From Antedon mediterranea (lineage: Eukaryota; Animalia; Echinodermata): a stretch of DNA of 64,000 bases. The stretch lies in contig NC_092675.1 of NCBI RefSeq assembly GCF_964355755.1, forward strand, positions 3,095,812-3,159,811. The letters are read 5' to 3'. The number at the start of each line of letters is the position of its first letter. The stretch's first letter is position 1. The notes below the pieces were generated by a model, which worked only from the letters and a program-made list of their open reading frames with translations, ran no database searches and was not told where the DNA came from. A program made the translations under genes and the position numbers. Shown here in pieces: positions 48,801-62,960 of the stretch.

Positions 48801-51800
48801 ACCGGACTACTGTATAAAAACAAAATTGGTCAAAGTGAATTGTAAGTGTTATGATGTGACATTCAAACGTAGTTATTGACATACTTACTGTAGCTGCGGC
48901 CATGGCCGCACTCTGTGCCGCGACACTTGTTCCTTTTTTGGCATTTTTAAATCCTTCAGTTCCCTAAAAACATTAGTAATCAACAGTAAACAAACAACTC
49001 ATATATTCACATAATATTTTCACCATTATAAAATACTTATGATTTAATATGAACTTTGGTAACCTCGGTGACCAAAGCACTGTTGTAATTTCTGATTCTA
49101 AACCAAAATATTCAGTCACGTATACCAAATCTAACCCTGACCCTGAAGTGAGCAGAGCAGAGCCAAGCCAGTGTGATTGGCAGGGAGGGAGGCAGGTGGG
49201 GAAGGTTCCGGCACTAGCCATCACCTGGGAGGGCCTAAGACATCCTATGGGATGGTATGATATGTCTAGTTCAAGTATTTGTAATTTGGAATGTGTGTTT
49301 AGTAAAAACAGGTGAGTATCTAGGCCAGTTAGACTGTTGTTTACAACTATTTATAATTTAGAAAATACTAGTTGTTTATTTCAATAATCTACATTTCCGA
49401 AGCTACTGAGTGATAGGCCTACCAATCAATTTTTATAAAACTAACTATATTTTAATGACAATAACATTTCTTAATTAAGTCTTTTAAGATTTTTATTTAA
49501 AAATTATCTCATACGACTCACAAGGATAGTAAATAATATTATGTTTTTGTGTCGCATGCAGACAGTATAATATTATTTTTTCGCGTAGATATGATCAACA
49601 AATTTTGACGCAGGTGTAGTAGCGCATAGTACAGAGTGTGATTTAAAAACTGACATATCTGATGTGATGCAACCATACATTATATCATGTGGTCCTCTGA
49701 CTGAATCAGTTTTTGAGGAGATGGGCGCCTAGTTCTCATAGTATGACCGAGTATGATTATCTAATAGTTTGTACCATACTAGAAGCGGTCTCTTATAAAA
49801 TGGTCCCTTTATAACATTTTCAAACAAATTAACTGAAACTTTACCTAGAAATAGAACTTGTGTAAATGCTAAATTCTGAAGTAATTTTAAACTACCGTAA
49901 TGGTTTCACAGACTTCCGACAAAAAAAGATATTTCAACGATGTACTTTACTACATCACTTACCTAAATACTGTACAACAAGCAGAAAATAATACCAAAAA
50001 AGATAGTAATGCAAGTTCAATCAGATATAAAAAAGGTATGCAAAGGATGTTTGAACAAGGGTGTGTTGCACTGCGGTAGAAATCACAACCGGTTGGCGGC
50101 GTGGCACGCGGGAATCACTTGGGAACAACACAGTAGATGACGTGACTGTGATTGGTCAATCTATCTTTAGTAAATTGATTGTTCGTGGGATGAAATAACA
50201 ACTCGTCGAGTTTCTTGAAACCCGTCCAATTTTTGAATTTTTTTCTTCCCTCTGTTATTAGCATACTAGCACACACTATGATAACTACACAATGTTGTAA
50301 TAATCAATGACATTTAAATGTGATTTCGTAAAGGTAAGTAGGTCTACTTAAAGAAGGTGAGAAAACTATAGGGGTTAAAGAAACTGTCAACACAGCCTAC
50401 AGATATTTAAAGGGTAAGAAAGTATTGTGAATATTTATTGGTCAAAATAAGGGGTACAAGACCAAATCCGTAATTAGGAAGTATTATTTGGTTTACAGAA
50501 ATTGTTTTTGTGGAAATAATTGAAATGGTTGTTATGTTCAAATACTTCAATTTTATAAAGTACCCTGCTTTGGGACACCCCTATTTACATGAAAAAATAA
50601 TAAGGGGACACTTTTTTACTCCCAAAGGTATATCCTTATAAGGGTTCTATATAAAAATATAAAGCTAAAGCTATGTCTACTTTATCAAACCTTATGTGAC
50701 AAAAAATGTGATGTGCCCATATATAGACATGATTTTTGCCATATCACTACATATTTGAGTATATCACTACCATATTTTGGTATATCACCACCATATTTGG
50801 GCGCATTCACACTTTTTTTTGTCAAACTAGTTTGATAGTGTAGACCAGAGCTTTAAAAGCAATATGCAATTCCATTTATTTTAATAATATTTTTATGTGT
50901 GGTGGTCCATCTTGTATTGATCATTAGAACAATACAGTTTGGCAAGACGATAAAAAAAAAATTACAGTCAGAACAATTAAATATTCAATTAAATATTGAA
51001 TTTAAAAAATGTATATGAAATTTATTACTAAATAATATTTATAAATAATCAAAACCTTAATGATAGCATGGAATATGGAAGAGTGACATTACAAGAAGTT
51101 GGAAGGTCAAGATACTAAATAAGGGGAAAGGGGACAATACTTCCCAATAAGGCTGACTCTCTAGTGGTAATATGTCAATGCATGACTTCTATTTTGGTAC
51201 CAACATTTTTATAGTGACTCACAGAAATAGTTTACGTAGGTACAAAAAATACAGAACTAAAATGAGTCACAATTTGGTCCTTGAGATGGATAGAATAAAA
51301 GCTAGTGTTTTATACTTACACATGATGCCTTCGATACAATATTACTTGTAACTAAAAGATAAAAGCAAAACATACAAATAATTTAAACATTTATATTTCC
51401 TTTTAATTTTATTTAATTGTAAATCTGACATGAAATAATCATTAATGATAAAAATGATAGATATATTGCAAGAACTGAAATTTGTAGATCAGCATAACAT
51501 AGTGTTATTAATCTATTATTAACACTTTATTATATCATAAATCATAATATATGATAATCCATTTCAAACTTGAAACATGGAGGTAACACAACAGTAATTC
51601 AAAATACTATAAAAGGCAACAAAATCAAGTACTGTACAGTATTACACACATGCCAAGTGCTAGTCCCATGATTTTAAAGCATTGTATGGTAAATGGTATT
51701 TAATACCATCAACAATGTCACATGGTGTACAGTTAAACATAATATTTATAGTGAAATATAAAATGCTGCATTTATAGGACCCTGGTCGATCATTTATCAT

Positions 51801-54800
51801 AAAATACTGTACTAAAAGAGCATACAATGATGATAATAAAGAACCACACATTAACACAATATTGACAAAACCATCCTGCTCTAAACAGATGAAAATGCAA
51901 ACAAACTGTGGAAAATGTTAAAAACTATAAAATCACTTTTTGTGGTGTAATCATGAACATTTAAAATGCTGTATTATTTATACACAAACAATGGTAACAA
52001 ACTGTAACACATGTCAAAGGTTAATGCCAACCCTGTTATATAACTGTGTGTGTTATATAAGATTTAGGGAATCATGTGACAATATCTGTAGAAAATGTAC
52101 CCAGTACAGTATTAAAGGTACATTTTTACAGTTTATAAATTTGTTTGTACAGTAAAGTAAACTACTATACAGAGCAGTATATTTTAAGTTAAATTGTCAA
52201 TTTTTACTGTACGATACAGTATATTTTGACAGTTTCTAAACTGCCAAACTGTGCTATATACAGTAGTGCAGTAATTTATATGGAGGTTTATAGACAGTCC
52301 GAAATGTATATTTGACAGTTTATGAACTGTCAAAATATACTGTACTGTACAGTACAGTATATTTGACAGTTTATGAACTGTCAAAATATACTGTACTGTA
52401 CAGTACAGTATATTTGACAGTTTATGAACTGTCAAAATATACTGTACTGTACAGTACAGTATATTTTGCCGACAACTTTCCTCTTCAACAATAAACTCTT
52501 TTCATAGTACTTTGTACATACAGGTACAGTGTTTGTTTTTCAGTTCAACCTTGTATGACTTATTCAATAGAATGACAACAATGAACTAAAAATAAAGTTA
52601 TAAAAAAACAATTATGAAACAACTTTATTATAGTTGATTCAAGATTAAGATGACAAATATGTACAACACAATGGAAATTTTCTAGCCAAAAAATAGAACG
52701 AAACAAAGATTTGGATGTCAAGAATAACAATGATTAAGGGTCTGTTTCTGCAAGAAGAAATCAATAATCAGTTATTTATGATTTTGATATTGCGCAAAAA
52801 ATGCTACAAAATGTTGATTTGTTTTATTACGTAATTTTAGGCATAAAGGTTGGTCAATAACCACAGTACTTTGCAAAATGCAATTGCAGTTTGAACAACC
52901 TGTGAAAACAAAGTTTATACAAACAATAACAAAATTACGCAGCATAAAGTTGGTAAATGTAGACCCAGGGTCTCAAATTAGACTCTAAGTAGGATTCGAT
53001 TCTTCTGCATTTGGTGAATTACTTTCTGGTGTTTGTGTGTGAAATGACAATGACAAATACTAATAATCTTAATTATAATTGTGTAAAAAGTATATAGGGT
53101 ATTTAACTCTGATGTGAACAATATTTAAGATCAATCTTGTCTATAATATGATTTTGAAGATACAGTATGTCTAGCTGATAAAAATTCAAGACGACTAACT
53201 AGTAACAGTACTTATGAAATAAATTTAAATAGGTAATTTAAATGCCAGACATCTATAGATCTAAATACTGTTTACAAATGTTATGGATAAAATAAGATCA
53301 CATGTTTACAGTGCACAGATGTTTATACCATTTTACTTTAATATCCTCAAATGATTTATTTCATTTATTTTTTTCAAATATGATATTTTGATCATATTTA
53401 ACCATTTTGATGAATTGTAATGTCCATACAGCATATACATTATCTATTTATTTCATCTATTTTAAATAAATAAAAACAAAATAATAAGGTTATGGTTTAT
53501 CTGACTATCCAGAGTATAACAAATATGGTAAAAAGTTAAAATGCAATGTCTATTACCCCCTCCCCAAACAAGAATGTCTGCTATACTTGTACCTGAAGTG
53601 ATAAATAAATAAATAAATTATACAATGAATGAAATATGTATTTAGTAAATTAAACTTACTTCAAAGTACACAACATGTCATGTGTTATATAACATAGGAC
53701 ACAATTCATTATATGAAAATGAAAAGCATATTCCAAAATAAAAGGCCATTGATCCTTTAAGGGTAGATCTCCTCTTCTTGTTAAAAAAAACCTTGCCCGG
53801 CAAGCTAAAGTGCTTTGGTCTGTTTCTCTCTACTGGTAAGCATGAAATGAAGTGGAAATAGGAAGTGGTTGAGCTGGACCCAAAAGCACTTTATGACTCA
53901 GAACCACATGCCAATGTCCCATACCTGTGGCTAGCTTTTTGCTATTTGATTGGTTGCTTGTATTTCCTATAATCTACTTTGGTATGACTACCTTTGAAAG
54001 ATATTAACAATGTAAAGAATGTTACCTAATGATTCATTTTCAATAATTAACCATTGCAAGTAGAATGTACACATCAATCAGATGACACTTTATAAATTCA
54101 ACATTGATATTTGCAAGATAGGAAATGGCTTTAGCAGGCTGCAGATTGTACAGCTTTAAATTAATGGTTATCAAACCTATTTATGTAATACAGTAATACT
54201 ATTTCAGCTTATGTATTGTACTGTACTTTATATTCAAACAACCTATTATATCAAATTCCACCTTTAATATTTAATAAAATAGAATAAAACATAAGAAATT
54301 AATTAGTATTTTTTTTAAATAAAAAGTACTATACTTAGATATGAAATGAGTTTTCAAATGGAGATTTATGAAAATTATCAGAGGTTTATTCATAGTATTA
54401 TGCACTTTTCAATTGTATGACCCACTATACGACCCCCGGGAGAGGTGCGTCATTTGTCCGATGTGCGTCATACTTTTGAATACCATGACGCACCCGTGCG
54501 TCAAAAAGGTGACTTACCTTTAGGTGACCAGGACGCACCCATTTTGACGCACTGTGACCATGTTGTTTATGATATGGTGGGTGGTAAAGTGACGGACATT
54601 GACACACCTTGTTTATTGATGTGACGTACCATCTAGGTTTTTTGACGCACCCCTGCGTCAGTAATTCTTTGTAAATGACGCACCTCTCTCGGGGGTCGTT
54701 TAGTGGGTCATACAATTGACAAGTGCATTATTAGTACTAAAGCTTTGTCTACACACTATCAAACTAGTTTGACAAAAGCGTTTCTTTTTGTCACATAAAG

Positions 54801-57800
54801 TTTGATATTGTTTGGATATTCATTTTTTAGAAGCTTTGCTATTTGCTGTGATGTACCAACATGAGAGAGTGATGAATGTTTTCGTTTATAAACTCTGAAT
54901 GCTTGATGACTACGAGTATGAAATTCTTAATTTTTTTTTTAAATACGAAAACATTTATCTAAACATTTATGCGGAAGGAAATATGACTTTAACTTCAACA
55001 TTTGGCCTACAGTAATATAAAGAACATACTAGTGTCTTTAATATTTTAATCATGAATATTGGAATCAAATCTTCACACAATTAGGACAGTGGTATAGAAC
55101 AAAGTTCAATGAGCGTTTAGTGCAAATACACCAACAAACATTGTTTACAGTGTATTTATTATCTTTGTACAAGTAGATATCTCAAAACGCATACTAAAGT
55201 GATAAAATACTGTTAATTTGCATGGTTGAGAATTAGTAAAATGTGATGCAATCTCAATTGCTATACTTTAACATTGGTAAAAATGATGAACTAAATGTTT
55301 AACTGACAATACAAGTTAGTTCACCAATCATAAGCAACAGTTTGTTTGGTCAAATTACTTTTGTTGTATCTACAGTATGTCGTCTTTGCTTTGAATCCAA
55401 GTGTGAAACAAGTCCAAGATTGCCACAAAACAAAAGCTCACTAATATGTCATTACATTTTCTTGGTCGGGCCTGTACTCTATGATAGTTTATGTATTCAA
55501 TAGGCTGGGTGTCCCTTAAAATTAAATTTCATTTTCTTTTTTGATTTCTAGTATCTCCACACCTGTGGTGAACCTAACCTGAACAGCACATTAAAAAGAA
55601 CCAACAAAATGATAAACGGCAAGAATCAAACATCACAATGATTTTAAACCCACCACATCATTTCTGTGTGATGATGGATTGGTATTAATGTATAACAAAT
55701 TTTAATATAAATTTATAAGTTTAAATAAAGTAAAAAAATAATTTTGTATCCAAAGTGTTGATATCCAACTTAAGCAATGAAGGAACATATTGCAAGTTAA
55801 TCATTATTTTTGTGGAATATTTCTATTTTTATGGTCCCTTATGTTTTTACTACCGTAGTTCCTCGGGTATAATCCCACCCCCGACTTTACGATTACCTTC
55901 ACACGCAAGCATATCCCCGGGCAAAGTCCCAGTGTATAATTTTACATTAGGCCAGCGGTGGGCCTAGGCCTACTGTAGCTAGCTAGGACGACGTCAATTT
56001 CTCACCAAAAAAATAGAGTGATTTCCCTAAATTTGGCTGACTTAAAACTCATCATAAACATTGTTAAGTTGAATACAACCTTAAGGCTAGCATGCCCCGA
56101 TCGTCACGTTCTGTACATCCTTTCGCCGTCGTGTACATTCTTTCTTGTTGTTTACACTACTGTGCATGCTTGATTACCGTAAAAAAAACACCGCCCTCTA
56201 TACCGACCAGCTTGTGCACAGTAGAGTTTGTGTCACATGCAACAACATGCGATTTACACAGAGAGCTCGAGCATGTGAGTGAACATGGAGAACTCGTATG
56301 ATCGAGTTCATGTCGATTTAGGAAGCTAGGCCTAGATCACATTTTAGGGTATTTTTTAAGTAGAAATCTCGGGGAAAATCTATACGGTAGGCATAGCACA
56401 GGTAAGACCAATTAGGCCGCCTAGGCCTAGATGGCCTGGCCGTCTAATTGCTAGGCCTACATCGGAATATAGCTTTTAGATAGCCTAAATCGTAGCTAGA
56501 AGAAATATCGTCATTTTCAGTTCATGCAGCGGGAAATCCCCGGGTATAGTCCCACCTCCCAAATTCAGGCAAATTTCACGTACAAGGGGGGTGGGATTAT
56601 ACCCGGGGAACTACGGTAATTATATATTTTTTTCATCTATGGCTTTAATTGTAAAGTCATATACTGTACTGAATAATTTCCATTAAAAACCACAACTGAT
56701 TTTGTTTAGTGCTTTACTCACACATTAATCAAGATCTTTAGAATAATTAACTGAAAACCTATCTGTTGTGGTTTCTTTTGTTTGATTTCAAAGCTCAGGT
56801 CATTCAACTTTAGTCATCTCAAAAAAACCAAGAAAACAATAGTCATATATAACTAGTGAACAATTTCAATATTGTCATCTACAGTATTATATTAGTAATT
56901 TGGCAACACTACAACTAAGCTCGTTGCTTAATAATTAAACAAAGGCGTGATTGTAAGACGATGGTGGTTTTGAAATATTTCAAATTTAATGATTTATTTC
57001 TATGGTAGCCATTTAATGATTTATCATTAATTGAATTAATTAATTTATAAGATCATTCCTGTAATAGTGCAACAGTGAAATTAATGCACATTGTAAGCGA
57101 GTGCTGCTAAACAAAAAGAGCCTAACTGAACTACATAGTACAATTTTCCCATTAGGTAGATAGCAAAAAAAAAGGACATACAGTACAGTATCACATTTTA
57201 CAATTTTTACGCCGTTGTTTTATAACTTTAAAAACAACACAATTCAATGGTTAGTTGTAAGATAATAATAACAGATTCAAATATCCTGCCTCACCTATGT
57301 TTTAACAAAAAAAAAAATGTAAATAATGAAAAGTCGACACACCTTTAAAGATCACGACAGATCCTTATGACTCGGCAAACTCAATGATTTTTAAAATATT
57401 ATTTATTTGTTTACTGCTTTTAATTCAGAAAACAATTGCTAATTGATATACTGTGAGATCAAATAAGGATCTCAGTCTTTGCTGAAATGATTATGTGCTG
57501 TGATAAAGACATTTGAATACAAATTATGTTATTTAAAGGCATAATGTTAATTATTTAATGATACAGAACAATTAACAATAAAAGTATTTCTATTATTATA
57601 ATGTAGATTCAGATTGAGATTTATTGAGCAATCGTATAAAAATACCTGAAAAGTACTTTAACAGAAAGACAATTAAGATAAAAAATCTCAACGTATTGTT
57701 GCGCTATGACTCCTAACACGACACCTCGTGTAAGTGGACATCTCCTTCAATGGTAACAAATGCCCAGTGCCTGAAAACTGAGACGTCTCCGCATTGAGAA

Positions 57801-60800
57801 TGCCACAAAATATTGGACATGAGCAATGGCGCAGATCCTGGCGAACGAGGGGGTTCCCTCACCCCCATATCTACATATTATGGCTGAACCTATGTTGGAG
57901 GTACATAGGAAGAAGCATACATGAAAGGTATGGTGCCAGACATTTTTTTTTATACAACCAATGCTATTCATTACAAATATCAATACCATTTGCAAACCAA
58001 ATCAATTATTTTAATTATTGCTTAAATCACTGTTTCATTTTGAAAAACATAACTGCCAAAAATTAAATCAGTAGGTTATACAACCATCTGTTGAATATCT
58101 CTGGTAGTGGTATTATTAGTTCATGAAATTGCCTTGTGAACATCAGACGCCAGGAGGGGGAAGCTGTGTGGGTGGACTTCTCACGATTTCCTTAACCTAG
58201 CAGCGAGTCTTTACATTATCATTACTGTATATCTTTTTAAAACTAAACCTTACTTTAATTTTATTATTTTTTTGTATTATGTGGTTTAGATGTCAGGGCT
58301 AGTGCAAGGGTAAGCCACAGATGGATGTCAAGCTTTGTTCAGGTCAATTTTATACTGTACAGTTGGTTAATAAATTTTTATTTTAATAGATTTTGTAAAC
58401 TAATTATTGTTTTTGGCTTTTGATTGTGTATTATTGATAAACATAAATTGGTATCCTATCCTGTGGAGGAATTAAAGAAATATTTTCAAATTGGGGACTA
58501 TAAAATAATTATGAAACCGATTTAATAATTTTACTTTACTATTATAAACTTTTCACAAACATTATGACTGCTTGATTTCCAAAAATTGCAACTTTATGGA
58601 TATGTAGAAATAAAAGCAGAAAGCATAAATATTTACCTTCTTTCTGAAGCTCTGTCTACACTATCAAACTTTATGTGACAAAAAATGTACCCATATATGG
58701 ACATGATGATGTCATCACTACTAATACTATTAATTATCATATTTAAGCTTATCAACTACCATATTTGGGCACATAAAACTAGTTTGATAGTGTAGACAGA
58801 GCTTTAATCACTGCTTGAATTGCGATCTTTATGGGTATACTGTAGAAATAAGAGCAGAAAGCATCAATCTTTTTCTTCTAATACAGGAGCATTATTATCC
58901 CATTATTGAACCCTACAGAGAGAGGAAATGCTGGATTTTCTTGGAAAAAGAATAATAAAAAGCAGGCCAAATCACCAAGTGATGGTCAAGTAATTTATCA
59001 TTCACCATGACCCTTGACATTTTACAATAAAATATTACTTTCTAATGACAAGCAGATGCATTGCTAACCACTGATGTTCATGTGATAATTTGATTCAATA
59101 TAATCTTTTTGAAAATAGTATTAAATAATTATATATACACTATTGTACTTAACCAACATTGATTAAATAAAAAGTTCATTTTAATTAATAGATTCTGATT
59201 CCAGTATTGATGTATTGTTCCCTTTAAAAAAAACCAATTTTTTAAAATTGTTGTTATTGAATATGCCATTTTAAAATTGTTGAAAAAAAAATGTATTTAC
59301 CTAAAAAACTGTTATTTAAAGCAAAAAAGTAATCAAAGCGTGGAAAGAAACTGGCCACCCTACCTACCACATGCCAAGACATATCAATGAGCTTACATTA
59401 CAGTAATCCTTTACGTTATGAATTAAATACTGGACTAAAATTGTATATAACACCAAAGAAAACAAAACCTGAATATTAATATCTGATAATTCATAATGAG
59501 ATATTACAAACATTAATGTAATAACTGTCATGATGTATTTATGATGTACAGTACATGGTCATCACAAAGAGAAAGTATGTAAAGTCTAATGATTAATAGC
59601 TATCCTTTGAATCATTCATTGGTTGTATATTAGTCACATTCATAGAAGCCATTAATTAGTGCTTTCAATGTTGATACTGACGTGATATAATGTGCAGCAA
59701 AAAAAAGAAAAAAATTACTCAAATTAATAACATAAGACCGGGTATAATTCCCATGCTTTAGTATGTTCTCATCCTCTTATTTAAGCTAAATTAAGTTCAA
59801 TATTGTTAATAATGTAAGAAATAAATTGATGAAAATTACTGTATTACCGGTAAGGCTCTGTCTACATTATCAAATTATTTTGACAAAAAAGTGTGATGTG
59901 CTCAAATACAGTATAGTATTAATACGATGTCATCATGTCCATATTTGGGCACATCACATTTTTTTGTCAAATAAAGTTTGATAGTGTAGACAGAGCTTAA
60001 GAAGACCATAATTTAGTAACATTTTAATAATTCAGATTTAAGTCGTTGGTAAAGTTCATTAATGTAATTTGACTAAAATCCCATTTCTAATTTTTAGGCA
60101 ACATTCATAATATTAATTTAGTGGGCCCTTTTGAAATTAATATCGAACAGCAGAAAACAATTTTACTGTAGGTAGGCCTATATAAATAGTATTTGCCACT
60201 CATATACAAAATAATATTTGCCACTGATATACAGGTTTAATGGTTATTCAACTACATAGTATCAACATAGTAATGTACTGTAGAGGGCGCAATTACTTCC
60301 CATGTGTACTTTTTTCACACTACTGTAGTATAGTAGTAGTACAGTATAGTAGTACAGTATACTGTACAGTATAGTAGTACAGTATAGTAGTAGTACCATC
60401 ATATCAATATAGCATTCAGATATTTTTATTACAAAGTGAATACAATGCCATGGTCTGTCTGCTGAATTCTGGATAATGTACAGTGGACGAAAAAATATGA
60501 ATATTAATGTATTTGAAATATTGAGAGAATAAAGAATCTAATGTATATTTATGTATAATTTCAATATCTCCAGGACTGAATGAAGAAGGTAAAATTTTGA
60601 TGAGAATATTTTTAAGAGATACATATGTGGCAATGATCGAAAAGTAAATAACTAATTTGCATATTCATGAGGATGACTAAAATAATAGCCATTACAACGG
60701 GCAACATCGATTCTGTCCGTTGTCATCATATATATTTATATATCACTAGGGAGGTTGACGTTAATGGGATAAAGATGAAATTTGGCCCTCCGGGAGATCT

Positions 60801-62555
60801 AATGAGATAAACAATTTTGTTTTGTATTTTTGGACATCATGTCCACTAAAGTAAAGTACATCAATTAATATATAAGGTAACAATAAACATACTGTATATA
60901 CTACAACAAAAACATAAACAAACAATTTCAAATTAAAGTATAACTTTTAAATAAAACCTATGTTTTTTAAATTATAACTAAATTCTGTTTATATTTTGGA
61001 TGTCTCTTCTTTCATTTACAGTATGGTTCATATTCAATTCAATTCAACAAGACAATTGTCCATATGGTATAATACATTACACAAAAAAAAAGATGGAGAG
61101 AGGACCAAAACTTTTATCTATTGGTATATAATGCCTCTCTCCATTTGTAGTACATGTTTGAATCAATCAACAAATATTTATATACAAATTAACATTCTGT
61201 TTTCGCTTTTCATTATTCTTGTAAGAAATCGGTAAGTCGAAATCCTTAAATATTCATAAAATGATGGAATATGGTTTTCCACAAACAAATTCCTCGCACT
61301 AACAAATCTGGGTTGTCCCAACAACCACTGGAAAGCGGCATATGTGTAAAATACACAAAGATGAGACTTTTCCCATTACTACCGTAAAATATTTTTGATA
61401 GAACCACTAATAAAAGCATGAATTGAATGATTAATATTGTCGGATTGGAAAGGCAGACATGTAAAATATGTATGGTTATAATTATTATTATTATTATTAT
61501 TATGAAATTATAAAACTTTATTTCAGATTTTCCACAGTATAAAAATATATAAAGTTAGCAAAACATTTAAACTATCAACAAAATATCATAAAAAATAATG
61601 GGCAGTACGAAAAAAAAAACAAAAAAAAAACTGAAACACGATCTCAAGTATCTCATCCATGTGGCATAAACTTTTGATCCAATCATATTCATACTAGATT
61701 GTACAACAACCTTTTTTCACAAAGAACTTTAAATTCAGTGTTACAATAATATGGTTTTAAAGCACACATAACATGCTGCTGGCACTATCCTAAAAATCAG
61801 CCTTCCATGAAAACTAAAAGCTAGTACTGGATAACAATTTATATTGCATAAAATCCTCATAAAATGCAAATATAATATTTCAATTCTCAAAAGGTCCCAA
61901 CGGATACCTTGCAAAATCTGAAGCCTGCTAGATTCAGAGGGACAGCCATAAAAAAACTTGTTAAGATATAAATGATCCATGTTTTCTTGGAACAAGCATC
62001 TAAAGCCCTGTCTACACTATCAAACTTTATGTGACAAAAAAATGTGATGTGCCCAAATATGGACATGATGATGTCATATCGCTACCGTATTTGTGCACAT
62101 CACACTTTTTTTTAAACTAGTTTGATATTGTAGACAGAGCTGAATGATATTAAGAAAATTATCACCTGTAGGATCAACCACTATCATATTTGGGCACATC
62201 ACTACATTATTTGGGCACATCACACTTTTTTGGTCAAACTATAGTTTGATAGTGTAGACAGAGCTTAAAGCCCTGTCCACACTATCAAACTTTATGTGAT
62301 AAAAAAATGTGATGTGCCTATACGGACATGATGATGTCATATCACTACCATATTTGGGCACATCAACCTTTTTTTTTTAAACAAGTTTGATATTTTAGAC
62401 AGAGCTTTATAATATTTTAAAGAAAATTCTCACCTGTAGGATCAACCACTACAACAAGGGTATTGTTCCATGTTGCCCTGATGTGCGCAATTGCAATATC
62501 ATCAAAAGGGACTCCATTAAAAACTAGTGAATCTTCACCTATTCTTGAAGGTTTT
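42720..62555 (-). CDS. MRPS11: Mitochondrial ribosomal protein S11 (uS11m), 3' five exons; 5' exon(s) not found in window
   Basis: Exons 62434-62555, 51320-51351, 48889-48963, 47843-47908 and 42720-42827 join in frame: ..[92 protein letters not shown]. Confidence 0.94.
43520..43805 (+). mobile_element. tRNA-derived SINE with Meta-like core
   Basis: B box GGTTCGAGGCT, core TCGGATAAGGACTATAAACCGTAGGTCC...GCACTTTAAAGAACC, (AAAC)n tail. Confidence 0.7.
44521..44560 (-). ncRNA. Minimal type I hammerhead ribozyme (Penelope-like pLTR, ~44420-44600)
   Basis: GCA-CUGAUGA-A-GGGC-UAGUGUU-GCCC-GAA-AGCU-C-UGC: intact core, stems I/II, palindromic loop 3. Confidence 0.82.
45952..46147. repeat. 24-bp tandem repeat x ~8
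   Basis: CTAGGTTCTAGCCTGACAAGTGTC, near-perfect copies. Confidence 0.97.
47606..47818. mobile_element. Small TIR element (MITE)
   Basis: CTGTTTCTGCTGCATAA ... TTATGCAGCAGAAACAG. Confidence 0.6.
47843..47908 (-). CDS. MRPS11: MRPS11 exon
   Basis: [22 protein letters not shown]. Confidence 0.94.
48889..48963 (-). CDS. MRPS11: MRPS11 exon
   Basis: [25 protein letters not shown]. Confidence 0.94.
51320..51351 (-). CDS. MRPS11: MRPS11 32-nt exon
   Basis: tttag|TT ACA AGT AAT ATT GTA TCG AAG GCA TCA TGT|gtaagt; supplies conserved ASC before GTEGF; phases fit. Confidence 0.82.
52305..52468. repeat. 51-bp tandem repeat x3 built from two palindromes
   Basis: TTTGACAGTTTATGAACTGTCAAA + ATATACTGTACTGTACAGTACAGTATAT. 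Confidence 0.9.
54398..54731. mobile_element. MITE with ~45-bp TIRs
   Basis: TGCACTTTTCAATTGTATGACCCACTATACGACCCCCG ... CGGGGGTCGTTTAGTGGGTCATACAATTGACAAGTGCA; internal TGACGCACC repeats. Confidence 0.8.
55853..56616. mobile_element. Tc1/mariner(pogo)-type nonautonomous element
   Basis: TA|CCGTAGTTCCTCGGGTATAATCCCACCCCC ... GGGGGTGGGATTATACCCGGGGAACTACGG|TA. Confidence 0.85.
62004..62406. mobile_element. Tandem family-A MITEs with captured exon-end sequence
   Basis: MITE 62004-62141, flank copy 62142-62183, MITE right half 62184-62265, TAA, MITE 62269-62406. Confidence 0.8.
62434..62555 (-). CDS. MRPS11: MRPS11 internal exon
   Basis: [40 protein letters not shown]; cag|..|gtgag. Confidence 0.9.
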
Positions 62556-62699
62556 CTGTAAAAAAAAAAAAATTGTAACGATTACTTGACTAATATTTTG
62601 TCTGCAGTAATTTTGCAAATATATTCTATCCTAAAGTATCATCTTTGTTGTTTGGCGAAAAAAATAAATATAACAAATCGTACAGATAAATAATAATAA

Positions 62700-62960
62700 T
62701 ATAATAATAATATCCTGAATTTATATAGCACCTAATGTTGTGAAACCTCTAAGCGCTGAACATTATTACCCCAGTCATTTTGCAACAAACACGTATGGAA
62801 ACATACTCCCATAATGGAAGAGAAACAACCCCACGTTTCTGTTCTGTATACTATGTTACCATTACTGTATATAAAATCGGTATTTGCATTTCAATCCCCT
62901 GATAACCAAGGATTCAGACGAGAATAAATTCAAACAGCATGAAGGTTTGAAATCCAATTG
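62700..62960 (-). mobile_element. Decayed SINE with L2-like tail
   Basis: Minus strand AGCGCTTAGAG..TAGGTGCTATATAAAT followed by (ATT)n. Confidence 0.5.

Noticed and set aside
53805-53895. miR-17-like hairpin (TAAAGTGCTTT...AAAGCACTTTA)
   Set aside because: Only ~15-bp stem around a long loop; not pre-miRNA geometry
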